Positions 30,162 through 42,891 of a stretch of DNA of 64,000 nt are shown here, piece after piece (positions within the stretch are counted from its first letter, which is position 1; each line of letters starts with the position of its first letter). The notes beneath the pieces are model-generated. The model searched no databases and was not told the DNA's origin. It saw only the letters and a list, made by a program, of their open reading frames with translations. The position numbers and the translations under genes are program-made. Source of the DNA: the human T2T-CHM13v2.0 reference genome, Homo sapiens; NCBI RefSeq assembly GCF_009914755.1, contig NC_060939.1; one strand, 5' to 3'.

Positions 30162-30771
30162 TTAAATTTGTTGTTCTTTTTTCCATTTGGTAAATAATTA
30201 TGACTTATAAATAAATATTATGTCAATACTCTAAGAAAATTTTTAACATGCAGTAGTGCCATTAAATCGTATTTAAATAACATATGATTTTACAAATAAA
30301 GTTATTATGGTTTTTGTATGAATCAATGGGACAGAAAGGAGTGTGAAGAATGTCTTCTCCACATTTCAAATGTGACATGCCTTGTTCTCTACCCATGACC
30401 TTGGATATAGTGTCTGAGGGTGGAAGGTTGGGGTTGGGGGACAGAGAAAGGAAGTAGAAATAAGAAGATGGAGATTATTATGGAAAAAGAAGGTGGAAGA
30501 GGCTGGGCTGTGGGCCTCCTCAGACCTTTCTTTATTGGCTCCTTATCTAGCTGCTCCTTGAATACTGGAGTCCTGAAGATTCTATCCCAGGATATCTCTG
30601 CTTTCTACTCAGTGCATGTGGGGAAATTTTCATTGGCTTTGGGGTCTTCAACCAGCACTGAAATGCGGTGACACCACCTCTATAATTCTGGCCCAGATAT
30701 CTTTCATGAGCATAAAACCTATATTCCCAATTGCCAGTGGACATACCCGATCTGATTTCTCTCCAGCAGAG

Positions 30772-31105
30772 CAGGGGTTGGCAAACTACAGCTTATGGGC
30801 CAAATCTTGCCTGCCACCTGTTCTTATATAGCCTTCAAGCTAAGAATCGTTTTCATATTTTTAGTTGTGAAAAAAATCAAAGGAATATTTCATGACATGT
30901 GAAAATTATGTGAAATTCAAATTTTATTGTCCACAAATTAAATATTCTTGGAACACAGCCATTCTTGTTCATAGGGACTGGTGGCTGCTTTTGAGCTACA
31001 ACAGCAGAGTTGAGTAGTTTCAAGTAGTTATAACAGTCCATATGGCTCACAAGGCCTAAAACGTTTACTGTCTGGGTCTCTATAGAAAAAGCTTGTCTAT
31101 CCCTG
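30772..31105 (+). mobile_element. MER58B (hAT-Charlie MITE)
   Basis: TIRs caggggttggcaaact / agcttgtctatccctg; followed by ctctagag, a hAT-type target site. Confidence 0.85.
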
Positions 31106-31149
31106 CTCTAGAGTACAACTGAAGGGATGCCATGTAATTTACAAGCGTA

Positions 31150-31990
31150 GATCTTAAAAAGTGGATGCAGCTTCTCCCCTGTTGAGTAGAATCCTCAATG
31201 TTGAAGCCTTCAGCCACCATAGAAGCAGTCTAAATGCCTTGGGCCACCATGTTGTAAGAATGCTCAAACTGTAGAGAGTCCCTACAATGACCAGAAAGTG
31301 CTTCCCCATTCCCCTACCCCAGCCCCAGCACACCCACACTGCAAGTATGTTATAGACTCCTCAGCCAGAACTGCCCAGCTAAGCCCCTCCTGAATTCCAG
31401 ACCCACAGAAACCATGGGCAACAATGAAATGAGTGTTGTTGCTTTAAGCTACTACATTTTAGGGTGATTTGTTATGCAGCAAGAGGTAAATAGAACACTG
31501 CCACTCTTTTCATCTAGGCTACTACAACACCCTCTTCCTTGCTCCCCCTTAGTTTATTTGTACATCGTATTGTCATTTCCAATCATCTTTTCCTTCCTGT
31601 GAAAGAATATTTTGCATCCCCATCCTTGCTATACCTTCCTGTAGGTGAAGTAGACTTCCTTATCCTTTTGTTTGTCTTGGCCATGCAGCTTACTTGGGCC
31701 AATGGAAATGTGAGTGGATGTAAATTCTAAGCAGGTGCTTTTTAGAGACATAGAAAATTTCCCTCATGCTCTCTGCCATGAGAATGATGCATCTCGAAGC
31801 GGGGGCTGCTCCTTCAGCCTGAGTCCGAGGATGAGGAGAAATGTCAGGCTGGTGCACAGCCTACCTGCAACCTAGAGCAGATCCTCAGCTGATCCATTGC
31901 TGACATGTAGCACCAATGAAAAATAAACTTTGTTGTTGCCAGTGACAGATTTTTGAAGTTACTTATTCCTCAGCATGACTGTAGCAAAAT
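31150..31990 (+). mobile_element. Two old MLT1-type LTR remnants
   Basis: gacccacagaaacc...tttaagctactacattttagggtgatttgttatgcagcaa; second unit ends aataaactttgttgttg. Confidence 0.6.
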
Positions 31991-32735
31991 GAACTTCTAC
32001 TACATGCCAAGAGCCTGAGCTTATATAGAATACATTGCAGTGCATTGCTTCTGTTCTTTAGCACAGCTTAGGAGCCCTTTGTGATCTGGTCTCTCATCTC
32101 CTGCCATGACCTGAAAGTCTCTTCCCAGCAGTTTCATGTTTATGTGTCCTTTGCACACAGTATTTCTTCTGCCTGGAATCTTCTTGGTTGCCTATAAAAT
32201 TATGTGTAATTCTTTAACACTTCCATGAAATACCATATCTTTGGTAAAGCCTCTCCCTAGACTGCCCCTCCACCGCCCCCTCCCCCACCCTCCGCCCACC
32301 TAATGGTCTCTCCTAGTATCTTCAGCACTTGCTGACCTGCCAATGAGCACCTATCCTTATATGGTTGTATTTGTTTACCCCTGTGACTCCCCTCCTAGAT
32401 TATAATCCCCTTGAGGAAGAATGTCTTTTCTTACGTTTGTTTTACATCCCTAGACCCTAGCACAAAGCCTAACATTGATGAGTACTTAAAGAATGTTTGT
32501 TGAATGGGTGACCGAGGCAGAAGGAATCTTGAGGGTGAGGGATACGATTTAAGTTTAGGGCAAATTCTGTTTAGGGTCACTGTCACTTCTTACTTCCAGC
32601 ATTTTTCTGTAGAACAAATCAGATTAAAATAAACATGAAAGGCAAACTCGAAGGATAAAGGAATCACAAAAATTCATTCTGAAGACTACTATGGCCTTAG
32701 GAGTTTTGAGGTTGATTTTATGTATGTAAAGCTCA

Positions 32736-32883
32736 GTTGGTTGGCTGGTTGGCTGGTTGGCTGGTTGGCTGGTTGGTTGGTTGGCTGGTTGGTTGGTTGG
32801 CTGGTTGGTTGGTTGGTTGGCTGGTTGGCTGGTTGGCTGGTTGGCTGGTTGGTTGGTTGGTTGGTTGGTTGGTTGGTTGGTTG
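32736..32883. repeat. Compound (GGTT/GGCT)n tetranucleotide repeat, ~37 units
   Basis: Direct observation; explains the NQPT/GWLV ORFs. Confidence 0.97.
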
Positions 32884-33929
32884 ATTTATTTGGCCACCAC
32901 CCATTATCTCTTCCTCTCCCTTTAGCAGTCTTCTTATTCTCAGATTTAATAACCATTAAATTCCACACAGTCACCCCATTTGCACACCTTGAAAGAACTG
33001 CCCTGGGTCCTTGCCAGGGTGGGCATTTCTGATTCACCTACTCATTTAAACCCTTTGGTTCTCTCTATCAGAGTTCTGGGTGCAACTTTCTGAGAGAAGG
33101 CAGTTCAGGGGAATGCCTAGTGATGATCAGATCCCACCCAGGAGGAGCAGAGGTGAGGGGACTGAGCCTTTTCCATCTTTTAATGCCCACAGCTCATTGT
33201 GTTGAGCCATATGCCATGTGCTGATTGATGAGGACTGCTTTTTAGGAGAACTGGCTTATCATATTAGCACCATGGGGACATGCTGAGCAACCTTAGGTGA
33301 GTCTTAAAATTTCCATTTATGTCTTTCAAAACTGTATATGAAAATAACATAGTAACCATCAGAGATTGTGAGTATTAATTGGATTCATACTTGTTTTATT
33401 TGAGTCTAATCCTGGCTCTGCCTCTAGCTAGTTCTTTGGACTTCAGCAAAATAAGTGGTTTGGAAGAAAGTGAGTGCTAATGTTCCCTTAAACCTTTGAG
33501 AGTCTAAGAGTCATAATGAATTTAGCAGCTGCAGGATTTTGATGACATGCCCAGAAATACACATCACAATTGGATCAAGATTGTGAATGCACTGATCTTT
33601 AAATAAGGATGGATGGGGGATCTGATGAAATTTTGGTGAGCATAAAATAAAATGCTAGATGTGAACAAGCTTTGAAAATGTTTATGCATTTTATGCAAAG
33701 TTCTGCTCATTATTGAAGAGTAAAACACCACATTCGGTAACTTCCTATCATCTTAACAAAATTGATGATTATTTTGTACCCATCGTAGCCAAAGGGAGAA
33801 ATAGCTAAAAACAGGTTCTATTGAGAGATACTACAAAAATGTAATGTTCCTCACATTATTCATAGTCTCCCACTCCTTCATTGCTCCATAAATCAGTGAT
33901 TAACCTCACCCTCTGACCAGTCTACAAGC

Positions 33930-34510
33930 TGCAAACCCAGAGTCCTCCCGGACACACCCTCTCCTGCACTCCCATTCCTGGACCACTGCTCAGCACCTCC
34001 CCCTTAGTCCAAGCTGCTGTCAGCTCTTGCCTGGACTTCTGCTTAATGCCCCAGCCCACTTCCCTCAGTCCTTTCTCCATACTTCAAATCTATTTTGATC
34101 TCTTTCGAGGCTCTACATTGGCCTTAGGGCAAAAGCACAACCACTTAGCACTACTGGGTGGACTCCACAGTCTCATCGGCCTTCAGAGCTCTGGCCACAC
34201 TGGCCTTCTTTCAGTCTTTCCGTTCATGCTTTCTCCTGCTGCAGGGCCTTCCTTCATGCAATTTCCAAGCCTGACAGCTCCCTTAGCATCTCCCCTCCTA
34301 ACTAAATCCTACTCATCTTTCAAGCAGTCCCAGCATCATTTCCTCAGGAAAGCTTTTTCCTGGACTTCCTGTCAGGTTATGACCTCTCACAACTCTATGT
34401 ATGTACCTAACATTTATTTGTGTGATAAATAAATTAAAAACTATAATTTTCATGAGACCAGGCACCATGTTTATTTTTCTTTATCATTTCAATCTCTGAC
34501 ACCTAACAGA
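33930..34510 (+). mobile_element. L2 3' fragment
   Basis: tagtccaagct...tcttgcctggact...gccacactggccttctt. Confidence 0.6.
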
Positions 34511-35506
34511 GTAGGATATATATATATATACACACAAACACACACGTATATATACACATATATTTTTTAAAAGAATGAATACCGTTAAGCATTGTTCTTT
34601 TCTCTAGTCCTCCCTTGATTCACAAGTGCCTTAGGACCAGAATACCCCAAGTTCTCAGATCTATTTTCCTCAGTGGAAATAACCTACAGAGACAGTGAAA
34701 TCATTTGATAGCTAGAATTATAGGAAAGTCAGAGTGCAGAGTGAATACTGAGAGGGAAAATGAGAAGTGTTGATGATTAGTGATATGCATCTGCTTCCCC
34801 AGTGCCTAGGACTGGTTCTGCATCTTGGTTTATCTGATTAGAAATCCTTCTTGGAAAAAGGGCATTCTCCCACTGGTCCCTAAGCTATAAGGGCCCTTCC
34901 AGTCCTGAAAACTGAAAGGAAGAAAATTCACACAGCCATGGAATAATTAAAATAATTATCTGAGGGTGACCAGAAAAATCACGGGCCTCTCTAAATTTCA
35001 CCCACGTGAGTAAGGCAAAATTAGCCCACTAAAATTGCAAGACAGGGATTACAGCTGATTTTTGTTGTGCCCTTAAGTTCTGAATAAGTCCTGCATATTC
35101 AATGAAATTGTTACATTTGTGCATGGTATTTCTTATCCTTACATCTCTGCTCAAAAGATACTCCTATTTAATCTCTTAGCTTCATTCAGGACCTGGACCA
35201 ACCTTCTACCCTTTTTCTTTGAGCTCTAGGAATTCCACTTACTGGTTTTACTTCAAACTCACCGGCTGTTTTCAGATGCCTTTACTACCTCCTCCTTCTC
35301 TACTAAACTGCTAAATTATGGCCCATGGCTCAGGTCTCGGCCCTTTTATCTTCTCAGGGTGATTTCATTTGGAAACATGGCTTTAATTATCGTTTATTAA
35401 CTGAATAGCTTCCAAATTTATATGTCTAATTTTGACTTCTCCCTTGACTCCCAGACTTGCATAACCAAAAGGAAAAAAAAAAGCCTTCTTAACATCTCCC
35501 CTTGGG

Positions 35507-36001
35507 TGTGATGCTGGATATTTTCCATTTTCCCTTCCAGGTCCACTCTCCATCCATCTCTTTCCTGTTCTGTGCTTTGGGAGGCTGGCTCACATGGGCT
35601 GCATCACCAAGCTCTCTTGTCCTCTGGCTTCCCGTTGAGTTTGCCTCATGGGATGCATTAGCAATATATGGGAAGGCAGGGGACAGTGAGATTGTGTATG
35701 CCTTCCCTTGTCTCTCTTCTTGCCTGCTCACCATGGGTTAGATGTTTCCCTCTATTGAGGTCAGCCCTCTCCAACAGCTATAGCTACTCTCTCTGGCTTC
35801 TGGTTAGCCCACCTTTTCCCCTATTGTCTCGAAAGCCTAGAGATGGTAACCGTTATGTGCTGTGGCCTGTCCCAGAGTACTTCACCACCCATGGTTGGGG
35901 TTTTGGGGGTTTTTTGGTCCATGTTCTTATAATAGTCACTTCATTAAACTCCCTCCCATTATCCAGTGTACATCTGTTTCCTGCCTGATCCTGACTGATA
36001 T
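35507..36001 (+). mobile_element. LTR33-like ERVL solo LTR nested in an L2 (L2 ~35200-36140)
   Basis: tccactctcc...tgtcctctggcttcccgttgagtttg...catctgtttcctgcc...ctgactgata; L2 text resumes on both sides. Confidence 0.7.
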
Positions 36002-36169
36002 GGTCATCTACTAGACATCTCAAATTTAACATAGCCAAAGTAGGATTCATATTCTTCTTGAATCTCCTAGTTTTCCCCATGATAGGACATAGCATCAGCT
36101 TGTATAGCCCCTTGTTCACACCACAAACAGGCTCAAGTCTGTTATGTCAGCATTTGTCTTGGCCCTCAG

Positions 36170-36474
36170 TTTTTGTTTTGTTTTTGCTTTGCTTTTTTTT
36201 TGAGACAGGGTTGTCTCGCTCTGTCTCCTGGGATGGAGTGCAGTGGCACAAACACGATTCACTATAGCCTCGAACTCCTGGGCTCAAGCAATCCCCTCAC
36301 TTTAGCCTCCCCAGTAGCATATGCCACCATGCCTAGCTAATTTTTAATTTTTTTGTAGAGACAACATCTTGCTATGTTGCCCAGGCTGATCTTGAACTCC
36401 TAAGCCCAAGTGATCCACTTGCCTTGGCCTCCCAAAATGTTGGAATTATGGGCATAAGCTGCCACACCCAGCTA
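36170..36474 (-). mobile_element. AluJ
   Basis: Diverged dimer; TSD core ccctcag. Confidence 0.9.
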
Positions 36475-38281
36475 CCCTCAGGGCTTTTATACAGAGGTTG
36501 CTCATCTGTGACTCTCCATCTGTAACAATGAGAGTGTATAATTAGAAGATTGAGGCTTGTCTTGAATGCTGTTTGGCCCACCTGCAATGAGAATTTCCTA
36601 ACATTTCTTACTGCCTTCAATGGCATAACCTTATTCATCTTTGTATCATTATGTAGTTTAGTATTTGAAATATAATAGATATCCCCAAAAATGTATGTCA
36701 TATTTATGAATTAAGGTTTGTTAGGTATTGATCTAGTTAATTGGGACTGTTTTTGTTCTTATGCATTTAAACTTTTAATAAAAGGCTACAACTTTTATCT
36801 GATAGTGCTGCACATTTAATACAATCTTAACTTACCTAGAGGTAATTCTATCTCAGCCTTAGTATTCTACAGCTTTTAGTTTGGTTTCTTCTAAAATGCA
36901 AGGGATAAGAATTAAGTAGGAATGTTTTTGGCTTTTGAGTTGTTTCTGAGTGGAATGAAGTTTACAAAACTACTGGGAGACTTCTACACGAACAGCTGTT
37001 ATGTGACCCTGTAGAAGGAAATGTGCATTTTAAAAAAGGCAAAGTATAAACAATAAACATGCTGGGAGGTCAAATTGAGAAGAGGAAGAGGAAGGCTGGG
37101 AATAGGAGAACTGAGACCAGGGAATATTTCACACTAGATCTGAAGGAGCTAAGCATTTTTCCTGATGTCTTTAAAAGAAGTTTTAGCCATTTATGGAGAA
37201 AAGATGATTGTGGCTATTTATGAACATCATGTTGCTAGGTGACACCACGGGATGAGCACCATGCTAACCTATCACTCACTGATTTCCAGAACTAGCAATG
37301 AGGGGCTATATGGGGGTGGGGGTAGAATTCAGAAAGGAACACAGTGGCATTGGGATGAGAAGTGCGAGGGTTGAATGAATCAGCTTTAGGAAAACCTTCA
37401 TTTTTCTCTCTCCATTCTAGAAAAATGATCTGTTTAGAATCTTAGATCCAACCTTTCCCCTGCTCTCTCATTTGGGCCCCCTTGTTGCTAGCAGCCTTTT
37501 TTCTCTATTATGACATTTGGCCTCCTCTGGGAGAAAAGCAGATCTGCTTCCTGCAGAAGCCAAGACGGGAAGTCACCAGGGAGGAAGCCGAGAAGTCAGG
37601 CTCCCGATGCAGCAAGTCTGAGAACAGGCATTTTCTTCTAAGTCTTCCACACACAGCGTGGGAATGTGTGGGAGGCCGGGCGTCTGTGCTTGAGTGTAAG
37701 TCGGGGCATTGAGAGAATGACGCCGTGTGTGATAGGCCTGACTTCCAATCAGCTGGCCACCTGCCAGATGCCAGTTCTCTCAGCAGCTATTTAAATACAT
37801 ATTTAGCCATTCTGAAATAATAGTGAATTGAGGCAAAGTTAACCACCGTTTTGAAATGTATCTATTGAAAACTAGGCTCGTAATGTTCGTTTGACTAATA
37901 AGCATGGATTTAGCTTGGGAATACACAGGTTCACACAACTGGATAGAATCAGTGAATGGCCACTTGTGGGATATTAACCAGCATCCTGCAGGTATCAACA
38001 ACTTTTGCATGCTGTGGGGCAGGATGGTGTGTGGGTATGTGTTATGTAGGCTATGTTTCCCCGAGGCTACTCCCACCTTAGGGACAAGAGCATGAGTATA
38101 ATTAAAAGGTAGATGTTTTTTGAGCCTTGTCTAAAGCTCTCACTGGAAGTGGGAATGCCTTTTCGCCCCACTATCACTGAGGCTGCAGTGAGTCTAACGC
38201 ATCTCCTAGTGGCCATGACTTTGTGCCAACCAGGTCCCTTCCTCCTGTTGCTGCTACTCCTTAAAGAATGATGCTAGTCCT

Positions 38282-38333
38282 GGCTGGTCTTGAACTCGAC
38301 CTCAAGTGATCTGCCTGCCTAAGCCTCCCAAAG
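38282..38333 (-). mobile_element. ~50-bp internal Alu fragment with flanking direct repeats
   Basis: ggctggtcttgaactcgacctcaagtgatctgcctgcctaagcctcccaaag. Confidence 0.85.
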
Positions 38334-38379
38334 AATAATACTGGTCCTATTCTTTCTCTCCTGTCTTCACCTGACTTCT

Positions 38380-38870
38380 TCTTCTTCTTTTTTTTTTTTT
38401 TTTTTTTGTTGTTGTTTATTATACTTTAAGTTCTAGGGCACATGTGCACAACGTGCAGGTTTGTTTCATAGGTACACATGTGCCATGTTGGTTTGCTGCA
38501 CCCATTAATTCATCATTTACATTAGGTGTATCTCCTAATGCTATCCCTTCCCCAGCCCCCCAGCCCCCGACATGCCCCAGTGTGTGATGTTCCCCTTCCT
38601 GTGTCCAAGTGTTCTCATTGTTCAATTCCCACCTGTAAGTGAGAACATGTGGTGTTTGGTTTTCTGTCCTTGTGATAGTTTGCTGAGAATGATGGTTTCC
38701 AGCTTCATCTATGTTCCTGCAAAGGACACGAACTCATCCTTTTTTGTGGCTGCATAGTATTCCATGGTGCATATGTGCCACAATTTCTTAATCCAGTCTA
38801 TCATTAATGGACATTTGGGTTGGCCCCAAGTCTTTGCTATTGTGAATAGTGCCGCAATAAACATACGTGC
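38380..38870 (-). mobile_element. L1PA (PA5/6-like) 3' end, ~0.49 kb
   Basis: tttattatactttaagttctaggg...catgtgcacaacgtgcagg; TSD acctgacttct at 38369-38379 / 38875-38885. Confidence 0.95.
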
Positions 38871-39249
38871 TTTTACCTGACTTCTGCTGCTGGTGTCTCC
38901 TTCGTTCTGGTAGCTCCACTGAAATTCTCCAAATTAGAGAAGACATTGTCTTCAGGGATACTAGTTAAATACCACCCCTGTCTAGAGAACCCTCAATTTA
39001 CCTTTATGTAAAACCGCAAAACAAAATGCTTCCCACCATAAAGAGCAAACAGATGGCCCTGCTGGCATGGACCACTGAGAAGAACATGTCCCTTCCTCCC
39101 ACTGACATCACTGCCTACCCAGGCAAATGGCTTGGCAGAGAAACCAGAGTTGGGGTTCTGACCGTGCTCATCCCCTCAGCCTGATTGGTGCCCTGGACAA
39201 ACCATATGCGATGGCCTTGTGTTTGTTTAACTGAGATTAGATGCTAGTT

Positions 39250-41130
39250 TTTTTTTTTTTAAGTTTTATTACGGAAAATGTCAAACCTATACAAAATAGA
39301 TGGAATAAGAGGAATTAGATAAAGCACTCAGTATACAAATCACTCACCATCACCAATTTTCAGCTGATGGCTCATCTTACTTATGTATACCTTAACTCCA
39401 CTCCCCCAAATATTCTAAGGAAGATTCTAAAACAATTGCATTCAATCTGCATCATTTCTTCTGGAAATATTTCAGTATGTATCTGTAAAAGATCAAGACT
39501 TCTATAAAAATATAAATAATACCATTATCACACTCCAAGCAAACAGTAATTCCCTAATATTCACAAATATCCAGGTTGATGTTCATGTTTTCTTGTTTGT
39601 CTCATAGTTTTTTTAACAGCTCGCTTGAGTCAAGATCTAAATAAGGTCCGTACTTTGTGATTAGTTGATATGTCTCTTATATCTCTTTTAATTTATTTTA
39701 TTTTTTCCGCCTTGCAAATTTTTGTTGAAGAAACAAACTTATTTGCTCTGTTGTTTTCCATAGTCTGGATTTTGCTGATTTCATTTATGTGATGATTTAA
39801 CATATTCCTGTATGTAGTTTTCTAAATTGAAAATTGGGTATACAGTCTTGGTCAATGCAGGTTTGTGTTTTCTGGATAAGATGATATCATAGGTGGAGTG
39901 TGCCGCTATCAGGAGATGCATAATGTGTGGTTGTTTTTCTTTTTGTGATATTATCAGCCATGAATATTCACTGTCAGGTTCCATTAATTCATTAAAGGCT
40001 GCAAATGACGCTTTTCTAATTCCTTCATTGTTTATGAACTGGAATGCTTCTGTAAAGGGAAAGTTCTCTCAGCAACCATTTGGTTACCCTGAGGTTTAGA
40101 TCCTATAGAAAAGGCAGAATAAATGCTTCATTCTTTTCCTTCATTTACCAGTTTTCAAAATAGTGTGGTGGTTCCCTACAGTTCGTTAAAAGTAGCCAAT
40201 GAGATTTGAGGTGTTTGTTTTTTTTTTTTAAATAAACTCTTGGATGAAATGCTCATATTTGATGTGTTTCAATTCATTATAGACACTGTTTTTATTGATG
40301 TTCAAAGTGTCCTATTATTGGTATCACTGGTCAGTGGAAACTCACACAATGTGGCTTTTGCAATATTGCGTTTTTGTTTTTTTTATTGTTATACTTTCAT
40401 TTATTTATTCATTTATCAAAGTCATCAAACCTTCCCCTACTAGTTTTAATGTCCATTTCTACATTTATTATTTTCATTCTACAAGGTGAAGCTTTCCTTT
40501 TTCCACATTTGTTTGTCATTTCTTTTTCAAAAAACCTTCTTCACTTTGTGAGATATTATTTATTTCATTATGTAAGTGTCATGGTTTTTGAGTTATGATA
40601 CATTATTACTATTATTCATCTGCTGCTCTGTTGTCCCAGATGTGGCCAGTGTGAGCTCCTTCTAACTAATTTCTTCTGTGCCTTTTGACCTGTGCCCATC
40701 ATGCTTTGAGTACTCTCTTTCCTTCTGACACAACACATATTTCAGGCTCATTTGAACGTTCCCTGTCCCAACCCTGAAACCAGCCATTTTTCCAGTTAGC
40801 TCTATACCTATTTGTGGAGAATGGTATTTAGACATTAAGATCTGAGTACTAGGTGCCTCGCTGTTATTGAGATATTGTTGCTCCCTGCCTTCTCAGTGGA
40901 CAGATCCAGGAATATACATGCATACACATACACACATGTTCACACATTTGCATCTCTATTTCTGTATCTCTCTCTATATATATATTTAGAAAACACAACT
41001 TTATTCTGATATCTCTGATTCTATTTCAACACAACAGGATTCATTCTAGCCTTCCTCCTTCCCATGTTTGTAAGTCCCTTCAACAATGAGAAAACTTAGA
41101 TCCAATTATCATCAACATTTGTACTTAGTT
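39250..41130 (-). mobile_element. Old L1MC/ME 3'-end fragments
   Basis: ttttattacggaaaatgtcaaacctatacaaaa, tctggattttgctgatt, gaaaccagccatttttcca. Confidence 0.65.
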
Positions 41131-41311
41131 GTTCAGTCTTCTTCCACCCAACTTACCACATATTCCTTGTCGGTCCCTTACCTGCCTCTGAGATGCCACT
41201 GCCCTCGTTGGCATAATTTTCTTGCACGGGTCCCTAGCAGCCCCAGGGATACCACATACATTGTCTTCACCCAGTTCCCTGACCTTCAAAAATCTTGGGA
41301 TTAAACTAGGT

Positions 41312-41408
41312 AGGAAGAGAGGGAGGAAAGAGGTGGGAAGAAAAGAGGAAGAAAGGGAGGAAAGGAGATGGGAGGGAAGGAGGAAGACAGAGAGGGAGAG
41401 ACAGGAAG
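41312..41408. repeat. Polypurine low-complexity tract
   Basis: ~97 nt of almost pure A/G. Confidence 0.85.
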
Positions 41409-42593
41409 TAAGTAAACGTTTCTGTTTTACAAAAAGGATTCCACAAAATTAAGCTCGTCAAAGAGTCCATGTCTTAAAAAGGCTAAGAGCTACTACTTAT
41501 ATAACTTGTAGGAGCATAGTTAAATGTTTTTGGAATTCTCAGATGAGAGAAGTATATTTTAACAGAGCAAGGTACTATTGTTTCAGATGTTCTTTGATTT
41601 TTAGAGCCATGGTTACAGTAGGGGACTAACTATCCAGGTAATAACTAAAGATTCTCTGGAATATGGTAAGAAAATGAAAAAACTTCTATGTTATGTTCAT
41701 TTTTTTAATTAAAAAATTGGAGAGAAATTAAGCTTTATAAATGTTTGCTAAAACAGTGAGGTTTGTATGTTAGTCACATGACACAGATGTTAACCAAGAT
41801 GACCTAAGACAAGACTGTTAATAGAAGCTCACCATTTCAGAGGCCTATCCTTTTGTTAACTAAGTGCTATTTAAAGGGACTAACAGGTAATATTAGTTTT
41901 TAGCAAATAAACTGTTATGACATGAACAAATGTCTTTAAAAGATTCCTGCACAGAAACTTAAGACTGAAGATAATACTATTTTCTTCAATATAATTAATG
42001 TAAGCCCATGTTTATATTCAGGAAATGTTATGCCTGGCACTACTGTAGATAGTACAAGCTCCTTGACAGCCACATAAGATTCAAACAATGATGTCTTAAA
42101 GTGAACCCAAAGAGTTAGAGACTGTCAAAAAGACCATTTCAAGTATAAATTTCTATCCCCTGCCCTCAATAATTACCCTCTTCTTATAATATTATTTAAG
42201 ATATTAGCCAGTGAAAATGTGAAGCCATCGTGATTAGAAGATAAAAAACTGATTATCCACATGTGAAGACAAGCCTTGACCTTTTTTCCAGCAATGTTTA
42301 AATTTATGTAATACTCAATCCAGTACCAAATATAATTTCTCTAAACTCAATTGTAAATATTTAGAAGACTACTTTCTTAGCTGTTGTTAAGATATTTTTA
42401 AAAATTATTGTTGGGAAACTCTTGGTATGTTGAAATGACTGATATGATGTATAGGAACTGATAGGGCAAAGACATAAATTGCATTTTGTTGTTAGGAGAT
42501 ACTGTTGGAAGGCATGGAAATCATTGCTGATATATGAAGATACAAATACGTGAAAAAATTATGTAGAGTGGGAAAGTTCCTAAGCAGATAGAT

Positions 42594-42816
42594 CAGGAGT
42601 AGGCAAACTATGGCCTACTTATCAAACTGGCTCTTTGCTTATTTCTGTAAATAAGGTGTTATTGGAACACAGCCACACTCATATGTGATGTATTGTCTAT
42701 AGCTACTTTCATGCTATTATGGCAGAGTTGAGTGGTTATGACAGAGACTACAAGTGGCCTGTAAGGCCCCAAATATTTACTATCTGGCCCTTTACAAAAA
42801 AGTTTGCTGACTCCTG
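42594..42816 (+). mobile_element. MER58A (hAT-Charlie MITE)
   Basis: TIRs caggagtaggcaaact / agtttgctgactcctg. Confidence 0.88.
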
Positions 42817-42891
42817 AATTAGAAGAAAGAAGTTGGTCCTAATCTATCAAAGTATATATTGTATTTCCTAGAACATTTTAATAATGAAATA

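Noticed and set aside
32624-33037. ORFs with NQPT/SQPA and GWLV/GWLA repeats
   Set aside because: Translations of a tetranucleotide microsatellite; no splice or promoter context.
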